Below are positions 18,839 to 27,808 of a DNA stretch of 64,000 nt, piece by piece. Both the position numbers and the translations under genes were made by a program. The notes beneath the pieces are model-generated. The model was not told the DNA's origin. It did no database searches and was given only the letters and a program-made list of their open reading frames with translations. Within the stretch, counting starts at the first letter, position 1. The number at the start of each line of letters is the position of its first letter. The stretch is from an uncultured Dehalococcoidia bacterium (GTDB lineage: Bacteria; Chloroflexota; Dehalococcoidia; Lucifugimonadales; UBA3495), in the NCBI GenBank assembly GCA_958295765.1, contig CATQHB010000002.1, forward strand, positions 398,424-462,423, given 5' to 3'.

Positions 18839-19257
18839 TGAGCGAGAAACTGGCGTTAAAGCTGAGTAACAACGTCGAGGAACTGGAGCGAATCACCGCT
18901 GCCGTAGAAGCCCTGGCGGAGCAGGAGGACTGGCCCCCGGCCTTTACCTTTCGGGTGAACCTGGTGCTGGAAGAGTTTGGCATAAACATCATAAACTACG
19001 GCCATAGCGAAAGTTCTCAGGACTTTGAGATAACCCTGACTTCGGAAGTTGATACCCTGGTCATTGAGTTCTCCGACGAAGGCCAGCCCTTCAACCCTCT
19101 GGAAGATGCCGCCCCACCCGATACCGGGGCTAACCTGGAAGACCGGCCCATTGGCGGCCTGGGCCTCTTTCTGGTGCGGGAGATGACGGAACAGATGCAC
19201 TACCGGCGGGAGAACTCCAAAAATCACTCGACTATGGTAATGCGCAAGACCGAATGA
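18838..19257 (+). CDS. RsbW-like anti-sigma regulatory factor (Ser/Thr kinase, HATPase_c_2)
   Basis: Motifs LVLEEFGINIINYG, DEGQPFNP, GGLGLFLVREM. ATG overlaps the upstream stop (TGATG). Confidence 0.75.
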   Translation: MSEKLALKLSNNVEELERITAAVEALAEQEDWPPAFTFRVNLVLEEFGINIINYGHSESSQDFEITLTSEVDTLVIEFSDEGQPFNPLEDAAPPDTGANLEDRPIGGLGLFLVREMTEQMHYRRENSKNHSTMVMRKTE

Positions 19258-20540
19258 AACGAACACTTGGCGCGCTGACGGCAATGGCGTTGCTGCTGGC
19301 CGGGTTGGCGGGATGCACCGGCCTCGGCAATAATGCCGGGGCAGCTGAGGGCGGCGCCCCGGTTGCTGCCCCGCAGCTAGGCCGTGTCCTGCCCGGCGCC
19401 GCCAACTCCACCGCTGAGCCGACTAACGGGGTGGTCAGCGCCCCCCGCATCACCGACGACTTAATCCTTTTCGGCCAGTCCGCCGCCTTCAACGGCCCGG
19501 CCCGGGAACTGGGCAGCAATATGCGGCTGGGCATCCTGGCCGCCTTCCAGGAGGTCAACGAAGCCGGCGGCGTCCACGGCCGGCGGTTGGAACTGGTCTC
19601 CCTGGATGACGCCTACGAACCGGAGGCAGCCATCGCCAACACCCTGCGCCTGATTGAAGAGGAACGGGTGTTTGCGCTGATTGGCGCCGTCGGCACCCCC
19701 ACGTCCCGCTCCGCTACCCCCATCGCCGCCGATGCCGAAGTTCCCTACGTCGCTCCCTTCACCGGCGCCGCCTTCCTGCGCGATCCCGGGTGGGAGAACA
19801 TCATCAACCTGCGCTCCTCCTACAATCAGGAGACCGAGGAGATGGTGGCCCGGCTGACCGACGACCTGGGCATAGAGCGCATCGGGGTGATGTACCAGGA
19901 TGATTCCTTTGGGCGCGCCGGCTACCGGGGGGCCTTGGGCGCCCTGGAGCGGCGGGGTATGGAGCCGGTATCCGTCGGCCTGTATCCCCGCAACACTACG
20001 GCGGTAAAGACCGGGCTGCTCCAACTGCGCCGGGGCGACCCGGAGGCGGTGATTCTGGTGGGCGCCTACCAGCCGGTGGCGGCGTTGATTGCCTGGGCCA
20101 GGCATACCGGAATGGATCCGGTCTTTATGACGGTATCCTTTGTGGGCAGCAACGCCCTGGCCGAGGAACTGGGGCCGAGGGGCGCCGGGGTCTTTGTAAC
20201 CCAGGTGGTGCCTTTCCCCACCGACGATACCCTGCCCATCGTCGCCGCCTACCACCGCGCCCTGGCGGCCTATGAGCCGGGGGCGGTGCCCGGGTTTGTC
20301 TCCCTGGAGGGCTATCTGGCGGGACGGCTGGCAATCGCCGGGCTGGAACGCTGTGGCCGGGAGGTCAGCCGGGCCTGTTTCCTGGACAGCGTGCGCACCG
20401 CCGATAACATTGACCTGGACGGGTTTCCGCTGCGTTACGGGGCCGGCGACAATCAAGGCTCGGATACGGTTTTCCTGACGGTCATCGGCACCGACGGCCG
20501 TTATCATCCCATTGACCGGTTAGGGGAGGCGACGCCGTGA
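19254..20540 (+). CDS. Type-1 periplasmic binding protein (LivK/Peripla_BP_6-like) lipoprotein
   Basis: Lipobox LLAGLAGC. Motifs GAVGTPTS and YQDDSFGRAG. ATGA start/stop overlap with the upstream gene. No permease or ATPase genes nearby. Confidence 0.8.
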   Translation: MKRTLGALTAMALLLAGLAGCTGLGNNAGAAEGGAPVAAPQLGRVLPGAANSTAEPTNGVVSAPRITDDLILFGQSAAFNGPARELGSNMRLGILAAFQEVNEAGGVHGRRLELVSLDDAYEPEAAIANTLRLIEEERVFALIGAVGTPTSRSATPIAADAEVPYVAPFTGAAFLRDPGWENIINLRSSYNQETEEMVARLTDDLGIERIGVMYQDDSFGRAGYRGALGALERRGMEPVSVGLYPRNTTAVKTGLLQLRRGDPEAVILVGAYQPVAALIAWARHTGMDPVFMTVSFVGSNALAEELGPRGAGVFVTQVVPFPTDDTLPIVAAYHRALAAYEPGAVPGFVSLEGYLAGRLAIAGLERCGREVSRACFLDSVRTADNIDLDGFPLRYGAGDNQGSDTVFLTVIGTDGRYHPIDRLGEATP

Positions 20541-22723
20541 AAGACCGACTGAAGCGCTTGCGCCATTTTCGGATTTCCACCCTGCTTTACCTGGGCTTTG
20601 GCGGGGCCGTGGCCCTGACTATGGCCGCCAGTCTGGTGGGCTGGTTTTCCTTCAACCGGGTGGGAGAGGCCCAAAGCCAGGTGAACGAGGACAGCATCCC
20701 GGAGATGGCCGCCGCCTTTGGCGTCGCCGAATACAGCAGCGTGCTGGTGGCCGCCGCCCCCCGGCTGACCGCCGCGTCAACCCTGGAAGAGCTGGAGGCT
20801 ACCTACGCCAGCATCTCCGACGCGAACCAGGCCCTGGAGTCCCAATTGGAAGTTCTGGAGGAGGAGGGCAGCCAGGACAACAAGCGGTTCCAGCGGATCC
20901 GCGCCCATTCCTACACCCTGACTTCCAACATTGAGGCCATCCGCTACCAGCACGCCCGGTTGTTTGAGTTGGCCGACCGGCGGGAAACCCTGCAAACTGA
21001 ACTGGCCGACATCCGCAGCCGTTTGGGGGCTACGGTGGTGCCGGCCATTGACGACCAGCTTTTTTATACGGTAACCGGCTACCGGGTACTGGGCGAACCC
21101 CCGGCGCCGGTTACCGAGCATTTTTCCGAGGAGGAGTTCAACCGTTACCGGCTCCTCTACGAACTGCTATCGGACGCCAATATCGCCGCGGAGTTGCTGG
21201 CTAACGCCTTTACCCTGACCGACCCGGAGGCCATTGAACCCTTCCGGGAACGGTTCGAGTCGGCGGACAGCCGGATTGAGCGCAATCTGGCGGCGTTGGA
21301 AACTTCCCCGGTGTACGATGACATCGCCCCGGTCTTTGCCCGGTTGTCCGAGTTGGGCATCGGGGAGCAGAGCGGGTTCACCCTGCTCAGCCAGGAACTG
21401 CGCCTGACCCAGGGGCAGCGGATTCTCCTAGAGTTCAACCGGGACGAGGCCGTGGCCCTGGTCGCCGAGGTTGACGGCCTGGTGGTCGAGGCCCGGGCCA
21501 GCGCCCAGTCGGCTACCCAGTCGGCTACCCAGGCAATCCTGACCGGGCGCACCCTGCTGCTGGCAATCAGCGCCATCAGCGTCGGCGGCGCCTTTCTCAT
21601 CGCCTGGCTGCTGGTGGGCCGGGTGCTGCTGCGCCGCATCGGAATGGTGTCGGAGTGGATGCGCCGCATGGCCGACGGCGACCTGGAGGTCAGCGTTGAG
21701 GTCGGCGGCAATGATGAGGTTACCGATATGGCTACCGCGCTGGAGGTGTTCCGCCGCCACGCCGTAGAGGTGCAGCGCCTGAACCTGGTGGAAAAGCTGG
21801 CGGAAGACCTGCAAGGGAAAAACGGTGAACTGGAACAGGCCCTGGTTGACCTCCAGCAGGCCCAGGACCAGATTGTCGCCCAGCAGAAACTGGCAAGCCT
21901 GGGCGAACTGACCGCCGGCGTGGCCCACGAAATCAGGAACCCGCTGAACTTCGTCAAGAACTTCTCCGAATCTTCCGCTGAGCTGATTACGGAAATGCAG
22001 GAACTGCTGGAGGAAGAGGGCGATGAAATAGACGCCAAGCAGCGGGACCTGATTCGGGAGATAACCGAAGACCTCACCACCAACCTGGAGCGCATCCGCA
22101 ACCATAGCGACCGGGCCAACCGCATTGTTCACGATATGCTGATGATGAGTCGCGGTTCGGGCGACGCTCAGGCCACCGACATCAACAACTTGCTGGACGA
22201 ACACGCCCGGCTGGCCTACCACAGTGTGCGGGCCACCGACCCGGACTTCCAGCTTGACCTGCGGCAGGAACTGGACCCGGACTTGGGTGAAATGGAGGTC
22301 GTTCCCCAGGAGTTGGGGCGGGTTTTCCTGAACATGGTGAGCAACGCCTGCTACGCCACCAACGAGAAACAACAGGCCGCCCGGGCAAGCGGCGAGAGCT
22401 ACTATCCCACCTTGCAGCTTACCACCCGGCGCGGCGAAGGCCAGGTAGAAATCAGCATCCGGGACAACGGCAACGGTATGCCGCCGGAGATTGTCGAAAA
22501 GATCTTCAACCCCTTCTTCACCACCAAGCCGGCCAACGAGGGCACCGGACTGGGGTTAGCCATATCCAGCGACATCGTGCGCCAGCACGGAGGCGCCATC
22601 CGGGTTAACTCGGAGCCGGGCGAGTTTACCGAAATGGTGGTTGAACTGCCCCTTTCCCGCCCAACGGCGCCGCCGCCGGAAGCGGAAGCAGAAATGGCCG
22701 AGGAAGTCGCCGCCGAGCCGTAG
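20537..22723 (+). CDS. Sensor histidine kinase (2 TM, ~300-aa extracytoplasmic domain, HAMP, HisKA, HATPase)
   Basis: H-box GVAHEIRNPLN, DNGNGMPPE, GTGLGLAIS. GTGA overlap with the upstream gene. Confidence 0.9.
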   Translation: MKDRLKRLRHFRISTLLYLGFGGAVALTMAASLVGWFSFNRVGEAQSQVNEDSIPEMAAAFGVAEYSSVLVAAAPRLTAASTLEELEATYASISDANQALESQLEVLEEEGSQDNKRFQRIRAHSYTLTSNIEAIRYQHARLFELADRRETLQTELADIRSRLGATVVPAIDDQLFYTVTGYRVLGEPPAPVTEHFSEEEFNRYRLLYELLSDANIAAELLANAFTLTDPEAIEPFRERFESADSRIERNLAALETSPVYDDIAPVFARLSELGIGEQSGFTLLSQELRLTQGQRILLEFNRDEAVALVAEVDGLVVEARASAQSATQSATQAILTGRTLLLAISAISVGGAFLIAWLLVGRVLLRRIGMVSEWMRRMADGDLEVSVEVGGNDEVTDMATALEVFRRHAVEVQRLNLVEKLAEDLQGKNGELEQALVDLQQAQDQIVAQQKLASLGELTAGVAHEIRNPLNFVKNFSESSAELITEMQELLEEEGDEIDAKQRDLIREITEDLTTNLERIRNHSDRANRIVHDMLMMSRGSGDAQATDINNLLDEHARLAYHSVRATDPDFQLDLRQELDPDLGEMEVVPQELGRVFLNMVSNACYATNEKQQAARASGESYYPTLQLTTRRGEGQVEISIRDNGNGMPPEIVEKIFNPFFTTKPANEGTGLGLAISSDIVRQHGGAIRVNSEPGEFTEMVVELPLSRPTAPPPEAEAEMAEEVAAEP

Positions 22724-22805
22724 TTGTTGATTGCCCGGAACTTCTCCGCTCACCCCACGCAAAGCCGGGCAGGATGAGGTATAATAAGCGGAGAGGGCAG
22801 AAAAT

Positions 22806-23516
22806 ATGACCACCATCAACGACATCAACGACCTGGCCCGGATTCTCCGGGAACAACCGGAGTGGGTTGACACCCTCCGCAGCCTGTTGCTGACCCAGGA
22901 ACTGCTGGAACTGCCTGACCGCTTGGCCGACCTGGTCCGGGTAGTTGAGGCTATGAACCAAAGGCTAGACCGAATGGAAGGTCGTCTTGACGGAATGGGA
23001 GTCCGTCTTGACGAAATGGGAGTCCTTCTTGACGGAATGGGAGTCCGCCTTGACAGCGTGGAAGGCCGTCTTGGTAGCTTGGAAGGCCGTTTCAGCAATC
23101 TGGAAGGCAACGACTACGAGCGCCGGGTGCGGTATCGAGTCCTCTCCCGAGTGCAGCAATACTTCGGCATGCCCGACGCCTACTTGGCCCTGACCCAGAA
23201 TGACCCGGAAGCCCGGGAACTGAGCCGGGCCATTACCCATGCCATCAGGAACTCCGTCGTCAGCCACGACGAAGTGGACGACCTGCATAACACCGACATT
23301 ATCATCTCGGACCCGGATAACCGCCATGCGGCCATTGAGGTGAGCATTACGGCCAGCCGGGAAGACGTTGAACGCGCCCAACGCCGGGCCGAGACCCTCG
23401 GCAAGGCTACCGGCGGAACCACCCGGGCCATCGTGGCTACCGTCAACCTGCGGGACGACGTGGCCCGCCAGGCCGAAGTCGCCGGCGTGGCCGTGCTGGT
23501 TATCCCGGCCACCTGA
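22806..23516 (+). CDS. Hypothetical protein: heptad-repeat coiled coil plus a C-terminal PD-(D/E)XK-like domain
   Basis: N-terminal INDLARILREQPEW, seven heptads, and C-terminal TDIIISD...AIEVSITASREDVERAQRRAETL. The family name is not certain. Confidence 0.6.
   Translation: MTTINDINDLARILREQPEWVDTLRSLLLTQELLELPDRLADLVRVVEAMNQRLDRMEGRLDGMGVRLDEMGVLLDGMGVRLDSVEGRLGSLEGRFSNLEGNDYERRVRYRVLSRVQQYFGMPDAYLALTQNDPEARELSRAITHAIRNSVVSHDEVDDLHNTDIIISDPDNRHAAIEVSITASREDVERAQRRAETLGKATGGTTRAIVATVNLRDDVARQAEVAGVAVLVIPAT
22974..23120 (+). repeat. Seven in-frame 21-bp tandem repeats (MEGRLDG/MGVRLDE/MGVLLDG/MGVRLDS/VEGRLGS/LEGRFSN/LEGNDYE)
   Basis: Read directly from DNA and from the translation. Confidence 0.8.
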
Positions 23517-23610
23517 CCGGAAAAGAGCCAGCCGGAACCGGTAATACCCAATCATTCGTCGCTGCGGCGGACGATAGGTACGGGACAAAACGCCCCGGAT
23601 ACCGCCCGGT

Positions 23611-24606
23611 CTAGCCGCCACCCACGGCCAGGGCGCCCACCGCGACCGAGGACAGGCTTACCGGCAATTGTCGCCAGGTCAGGCCCCGGTCATTGCTGAG
23701 AAACAGCTTGCCGCCGTCAGTGCCGGCGTAAACCTGTTCCGGCTGTTGCGGGTCCCAGTCAAAGGCCACCACCATATCCACAGCATCCTCGCCCTGCCCC
23801 AGGCCATCAACCAGCGTCCAACTCCGGCCGCCGTCGGTGGAGCGGTAGAACTGGGGACTTTTACGCCGGGCGTTTTCCGACACCGTAACCAGCACCAGGT
23901 CGGCGTCGTCCGGGGCCGCCGCGATGTGCAGGGTGTAGCGGCGAGCCAGCCCGTTGTTAATCAACTCCCACCGGCCGCCGGCATCATCGGAGCGATAGGG
24001 AGCGCTGGCCGTGGCGACGTAAACGCTCCCCGGCCGGTCGCCGCTGAGGTTGACGCAGTGAATGTCAGCGTCAAGGCCGGGCAATTGCCGCCAGCTAACC
24101 CCGCCGTCGCCGGAGCTTACCATTCCCCCCACTTCGATGCCGGCGTACAGGCGTTGAGGGTTGTCGGGCGCCACCCGTAGGTCGCGCACGTGGGAATCCC
24201 GGGTCGGCGCGTGGAATCCCCATTCCGTCGATTCCGGCACGGCGCGAAAGCCGCCGAACTCCTCCCAGGTGTTCCCGCCGTCCGCAGAGCGAAAAATGGC
24301 TGCCGGTTCGCTGCCCACATACACGGTTTCCGCCTCGGTGGGGTGGGCCAGCACGCTGTGGGCATAGTCGGTAGGATAGGAGTCCAGATGGTTCCAGGTC
24401 AGCCCGCCGTCGTCCGTGCGGTAAACGCCGGCCTCGTAGGCCGCCAGGTAGGCCCGCCGGGGCGCGGCGGCGCTGGCCGTCAACCGGGCCGCAGCGTGGG
24501 CCAGGGGCGTAGCCGGCTGTTGCTGCCAGGTCGCCCCGGCGTCAGCGCTGGTGACGGCGCAAACGCCGTCGTGCATCCCGATGTAAAGCCGCTTTTCCTG
24601 GGACAT
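23611..24606 (-). CDS. BNR/Asp-box repeat beta-propeller protein (sialidase / Ycf48-like fold)
   Basis: Seven Asp-box-like motifs: DAGATW, DGGLTW, DGGNTW, DGGVSW, DAGGRW, DGGRSW, DRGLTW. Confidence 0.75.
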   Translation of the reverse strand: MSQEKRLYIGMHDGVCAVTSADAGATWQQQPATPLAHAAARLTASAAAPRRAYLAAYEAGVYRTDDGGLTWNHLDSYPTDYAHSVLAHPTEAETVYVGSEPAAIFRSADGGNTWEEFGGFRAVPESTEWGFHAPTRDSHVRDLRVAPDNPQRLYAGIEVGGMVSSGDGGVSWRQLPGLDADIHCVNLSGDRPGSVYVATASAPYRSDDAGGRWELINNGLARRYTLHIAAAPDDADLVLVTVSENARRKSPQFYRSTDGGRSWTLVDGLGQGEDAVDMVVAFDWDPQQPEQVYAGTDGGKLFLSNDRGLTWRQLPVSLSSVAVGALAVGGG

Positions 24607-24838
24607 ATTCCGCCTCCTTATCGGCCTCCTTAAATGAAAGCATCCCTGCCCCTATATTCCAGGAAACCCGGCCATTCGTCAACATAATCTTTACTCCGGC
24701 GACATCGAGTAACACCGAGGGACGCCGGGATTATCTGCCGGCTTGGTGCGCTTGCCGCGGGTTTGTATTATTATTGGGCCGGCCGGAAAAACATTCGACA
24801 ATTGATGACCCGATTCCCGGAAAGGATGGAGGTAAGGT

Positions 24839-26386
24839 ATGAAGTACGATGTCATAGTTATTGGGGGCGGTTCCGCCGGATGCACTATCGCCAGCCGCTT
24901 GACCGAAGACCCGGAGCGTTCGGTGCTGCTCCTGGAGGCCGGCCCGGACTACCCGGACTTTGCGCGCCTGCCGGAAGACCTCAAGCTGGGCAACAACGTC
25001 TGGCTGTCGGCCTACGGGCCTCACAACTGGGGCTACACCGCCCAGCTAACGCCGGAACAGACCGAGTTGACGATCCCCCGGGGCAAAGCCACCGGCGGCT
25101 CCAGCGCGGTCAACGGCCAGGTAATGTTCCGGGGCATCCCTGAGGACTATGACCGTTGGGCCGAGTGGGGCAACGACCAATGGGGGTTCACCCAGGTACT
25201 ACCCTACTTTAACAAGCTGGAGACCGACCTGGACTTCGGCGGCGACGACTTTCACGGCTCCAGTGGCCCGGTGCCGGTGCGGCGTTCCCCGCGTAGTGAG
25301 TGGATGCCCCACGCCCTGGCCTTTGAGCAAGCCTGCGTCGCCGAAGGCTATCCCATAGACGAAGACCAGAATCATCCCGAATCCACCGGCGTATCGCCCC
25401 GGGCCCGCAACACCATCGACGGGGTTCGGATGAGCATGGCGATCACCTACCTGGACCAGGCCCGCCACCGGCTGAACTTGACGGTCCGGAGCAACGTCAC
25501 GGCGCGGCGGGTTCTATTTGACGGGAAGCGGGCCGTCGGGGTTGAGGCCGAGAGCGGCGGCGAGATTTTCACGGTTGAGGCCGACGAGATTATCGTAAGC
25601 AGCGGTGCCATCGCCTCACCTCAGTTGCTGATGCTGTCCGGCGTAGGCCCGGCGGAGCAGCTCAACCGCCTCGGTATTGCGGTAGTCCAGGACCTGCCCG
25701 GAGTGGGCCAGAACCTGCGCGACCATCCCTCCGCCGCGGTCATCTACTACGCCGCCGGCGAGAAGCCGGACGTGCAGGCGCCGGTAATTCAGGTGGGGCT
25801 GCGCTATACCGTTGAGGGGTCGGATTTGCGTAACGATATGCAGCTTAGCCCGATGCTGATGACCAGCGAGCACCGGCCGGCGCAGGTGGTCATCAACGAG
25901 GACGTGAACTACATCGGCATCAGCGCCAGCTTGCAGTTGGCCTTGGGCAAGGGCGAGTTGACCCTGCAATCCGCCGACCCCCACGTACAGCCCCGCCTGA
26001 ACTACAACTACTACCAGGAAGAGGAAGACCTCCGGCGGATGCGGGAGGCGATACGCCTGGGCGTCCGCATTGCCGAGCAGCCCGGTTTCTCCCAAATCCT
26101 GCTGGAACGGATAATGCCCACCGACGAGGAGTTGGAGTCGGACGAGGCGCTGAACCAGTGGCTCCGGCGCAACTCCGGGACGTCGCACCACGTCTCCGGC
26201 ACCTGCAAGATGGGGCCGGACTCCGACCCCATGGCGGTAGTTGACCAGTTTCTCAAGGTGAAAGGCATCCAGGGCCTGCGGGTAGCCGACGCCTCGGTAA
26301 TGCCGGACTGCATCCGGGCCAACACCAACGCCACCACCCTGATGATCGGGGAAAAGCTCTCCGACTTTATAAAGGAGGGGCGGTAA
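24839..26386 (+). CDS. GMC-family FAD oxidoreductase (choline dehydrogenase-like)
   Basis: YDVIVIGGGSAGCTIASRL, GGSSAVNG, HHVSGTCKMG, ADASVMP. Confidence 0.9.
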   Translation: MKYDVIVIGGGSAGCTIASRLTEDPERSVLLLEAGPDYPDFARLPEDLKLGNNVWLSAYGPHNWGYTAQLTPEQTELTIPRGKATGGSSAVNGQVMFRGIPEDYDRWAEWGNDQWGFTQVLPYFNKLETDLDFGGDDFHGSSGPVPVRRSPRSEWMPHALAFEQACVAEGYPIDEDQNHPESTGVSPRARNTIDGVRMSMAITYLDQARHRLNLTVRSNVTARRVLFDGKRAVGVEAESGGEIFTVEADEIIVSSGAIASPQLLMLSGVGPAEQLNRLGIAVVQDLPGVGQNLRDHPSAAVIYYAAGEKPDVQAPVIQVGLRYTVEGSDLRNDMQLSPMLMTSEHRPAQVVINEDVNYIGISASLQLALGKGELTLQSADPHVQPRLNYNYYQEEEDLRRMREAIRLGVRIAEQPGFSQILLERIMPTDEELESDEALNQWLRRNSGTSHHVSGTCKMGPDSDPMAVVDQFLKVKGIQGLRVADASVMPDCIRANTNATTLMIGEKLSDFIKEGR

Positions 26387-26407
26387 TCGTCTGCCAGTTG
26401 AGGTCGG

Positions 26408-26791
26408 TCATGGAGCGTCAGCCCTCGCGGGGTTCTCTTCATCCAGTTCCCATTGGAGCGGATTGTTGACTACGTACTCTCGAATCCGCTCCAATTCGTC
26501 CTCATCCCGCACAATGCGTTCGTAGTAATTCCGCTGCCACAAGCGGCTGCCTGAGACACCGCAGGCGAGGTTGACCTGCTTTGTGCTGACCGTCTTGAAA
26601 GCTCCAATCAAACGCCCCAAGGGTTTGCGTTGCCTGGCCGGGGCGGTTCCCGGCGGTGTAGGGGCGATTCGCGAATCGCCCCTACGGGGGGCATCAACAA
26701 TCACGGTAATGCCGTGCAGATGGTTCGGCATCTTCCAGGTGTCGGCCACCAAACGGCCGGGGTGTAACGGCTGGTCAATGGGAACCCTCAT
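26408..26791 (-). pseudogene. 5'-truncated IS200/IS605-type Y1 (RAYT-like, COG1943) transposase remnant
   Basis: HUH motif PNHLHGI and C-terminal WQRNYYERIVRDEDELERIREYVVNNP are present. Only about 22 codons precede the HUH, so the usual N-terminal beta-strand region is missing. Confidence 0.55.
26658..26685. repeat. Perfect 28-bp palindrome inside the transposase remnant
   Basis: GTAGGGGCGATTCGCGAATCGCCCCTAC. It shares GTAGGGGCG...CGCCCCTAC ends with the family A hairpins. Confidence 0.8.
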
Positions 26792-26847
26792 CAGTGGTGG
26801 GTGCGTCCTGTTGGATGCCAGCTTCGGTGCGGGTGGTCATGGGGTTT

Positions 26848-27789
26848 CTAAACTCCCGGGCCCTCACCAATAACAGCGAGGATGCGGTTTTTCAGCTTTT
26901 CGCGCAGGTCTTCGGGCGTGGTCCAGACTATGTGGTTATAGTGGTTGGTGTCGAAGTGCAGCTTATCCACATCACCTTCTTTACAGGTGAAGATGACTTG
27001 GAGGCCAAGTCCATGGGCGAATCCGGCTTCGTAATACACTCCACCTCTCGCCCCGCTGTCTCCCTGGGTAAAATCGGCCACGACAAATCTTGAGCGGCGG
27101 ATTTCGGCGATGATCTCATCATCAATCTTGTTGGTATGTTCTTTTCGGTCAACCCGGAATGGTTCGTAGCCAGCATCCCTAATCCCAGGTTCGATACCAT
27201 CCTGACAAGCTTCATTCATACTCTCGTCGAACCACATAGCGACGAATGCTTGAGAGGAATCGACGTTGGTCGCTTGGTCGGCGATGCGACCGTAGCCTTC
27301 TACTGTTACTATGCCAGAGAAGTAACCGTTTAGAGAATGAGTTCCTCTGATCCAGTTCTTCTCCTCCAGATATTGTAGAAGGAAACCGACTTCAAGCTCT
27401 GAAATCGATTCAGACTGTGCAAGCGCAGCAGGATCATCATAAGGAACGCCAACATAAAATCCGGCTATTCTTGATTTTTCCGCGATAAGTCGAAGCAGTC
27501 TCTCGGCTCGTTCATAAGGCGGCATGGGGTGTTTGCGTTCTATATGCTTTACATCCTCAATGGTGATTGATGGCCTCTCCGTTCCTCGCAAACGCTGATC
27601 AATAAGCCATGAGGTCAATATGCTCTTCTGTGAGTCGTCAAATTCACTAACCGCGAGTTCCGCCTCTCGGGTAATTATATATGCGCCACCTGCCCGAGAA
27701 GACTCCACAAATTTTCTGAACCCATCATTCCTTACATTCGCCTCGTATGGGGCACCCCAGATTGGGCATATATCAGTTGTAGTTGTCAT
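26848..27789 (-). CDS. Uncharacterised protein with a C-terminal nucleoside 2-deoxyribosyltransferase/TIR-like domain
   Basis: C-terminal pattern FVAMWFDESM...IDDEIIAEIRRSRFVVADFT...GGVYYEAGFAHGLGLQVIF. The N-terminal half has a possible winged-helix (LLQYLEEKNWIRG..VTVEGYGRI). Local GC is about 45% in one 60-nt line counted, against a visibly GC-richer background. Confidence 0.6.
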   Translation of the reverse strand: MTTTTDICPIWGAPYEANVRNDGFRKFVESSRAGGAYIITREAELAVSEFDDSQKSILTSWLIDQRLRGTERPSITIEDVKHIERKHPMPPYERAERLLRLIAEKSRIAGFYVGVPYDDPAALAQSESISELEVGFLLQYLEEKNWIRGTHSLNGYFSGIVTVEGYGRIADQATNVDSSQAFVAMWFDESMNEACQDGIEPGIRDAGYEPFRVDRKEHTNKIDDEIIAEIRRSRFVVADFTQGDSGARGGVYYEAGFAHGLGLQVIFTCKEGDVDKLHFDTNHYNHIVWTTPEDLREKLKNRILAVIGEGPGV

Positions 27790-27808
27790 TCCAATTACCT
27801 CTCATGTT

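Noticed and set aside
22556-23110. 184-aa minus ORF with RRTPIPSRRTPISSRR repeats
   Set aside because: It is the reverse-complement reading of the 21-bp heptad repeats in gene 22806..23516 and overlaps the end of the histidine kinase.
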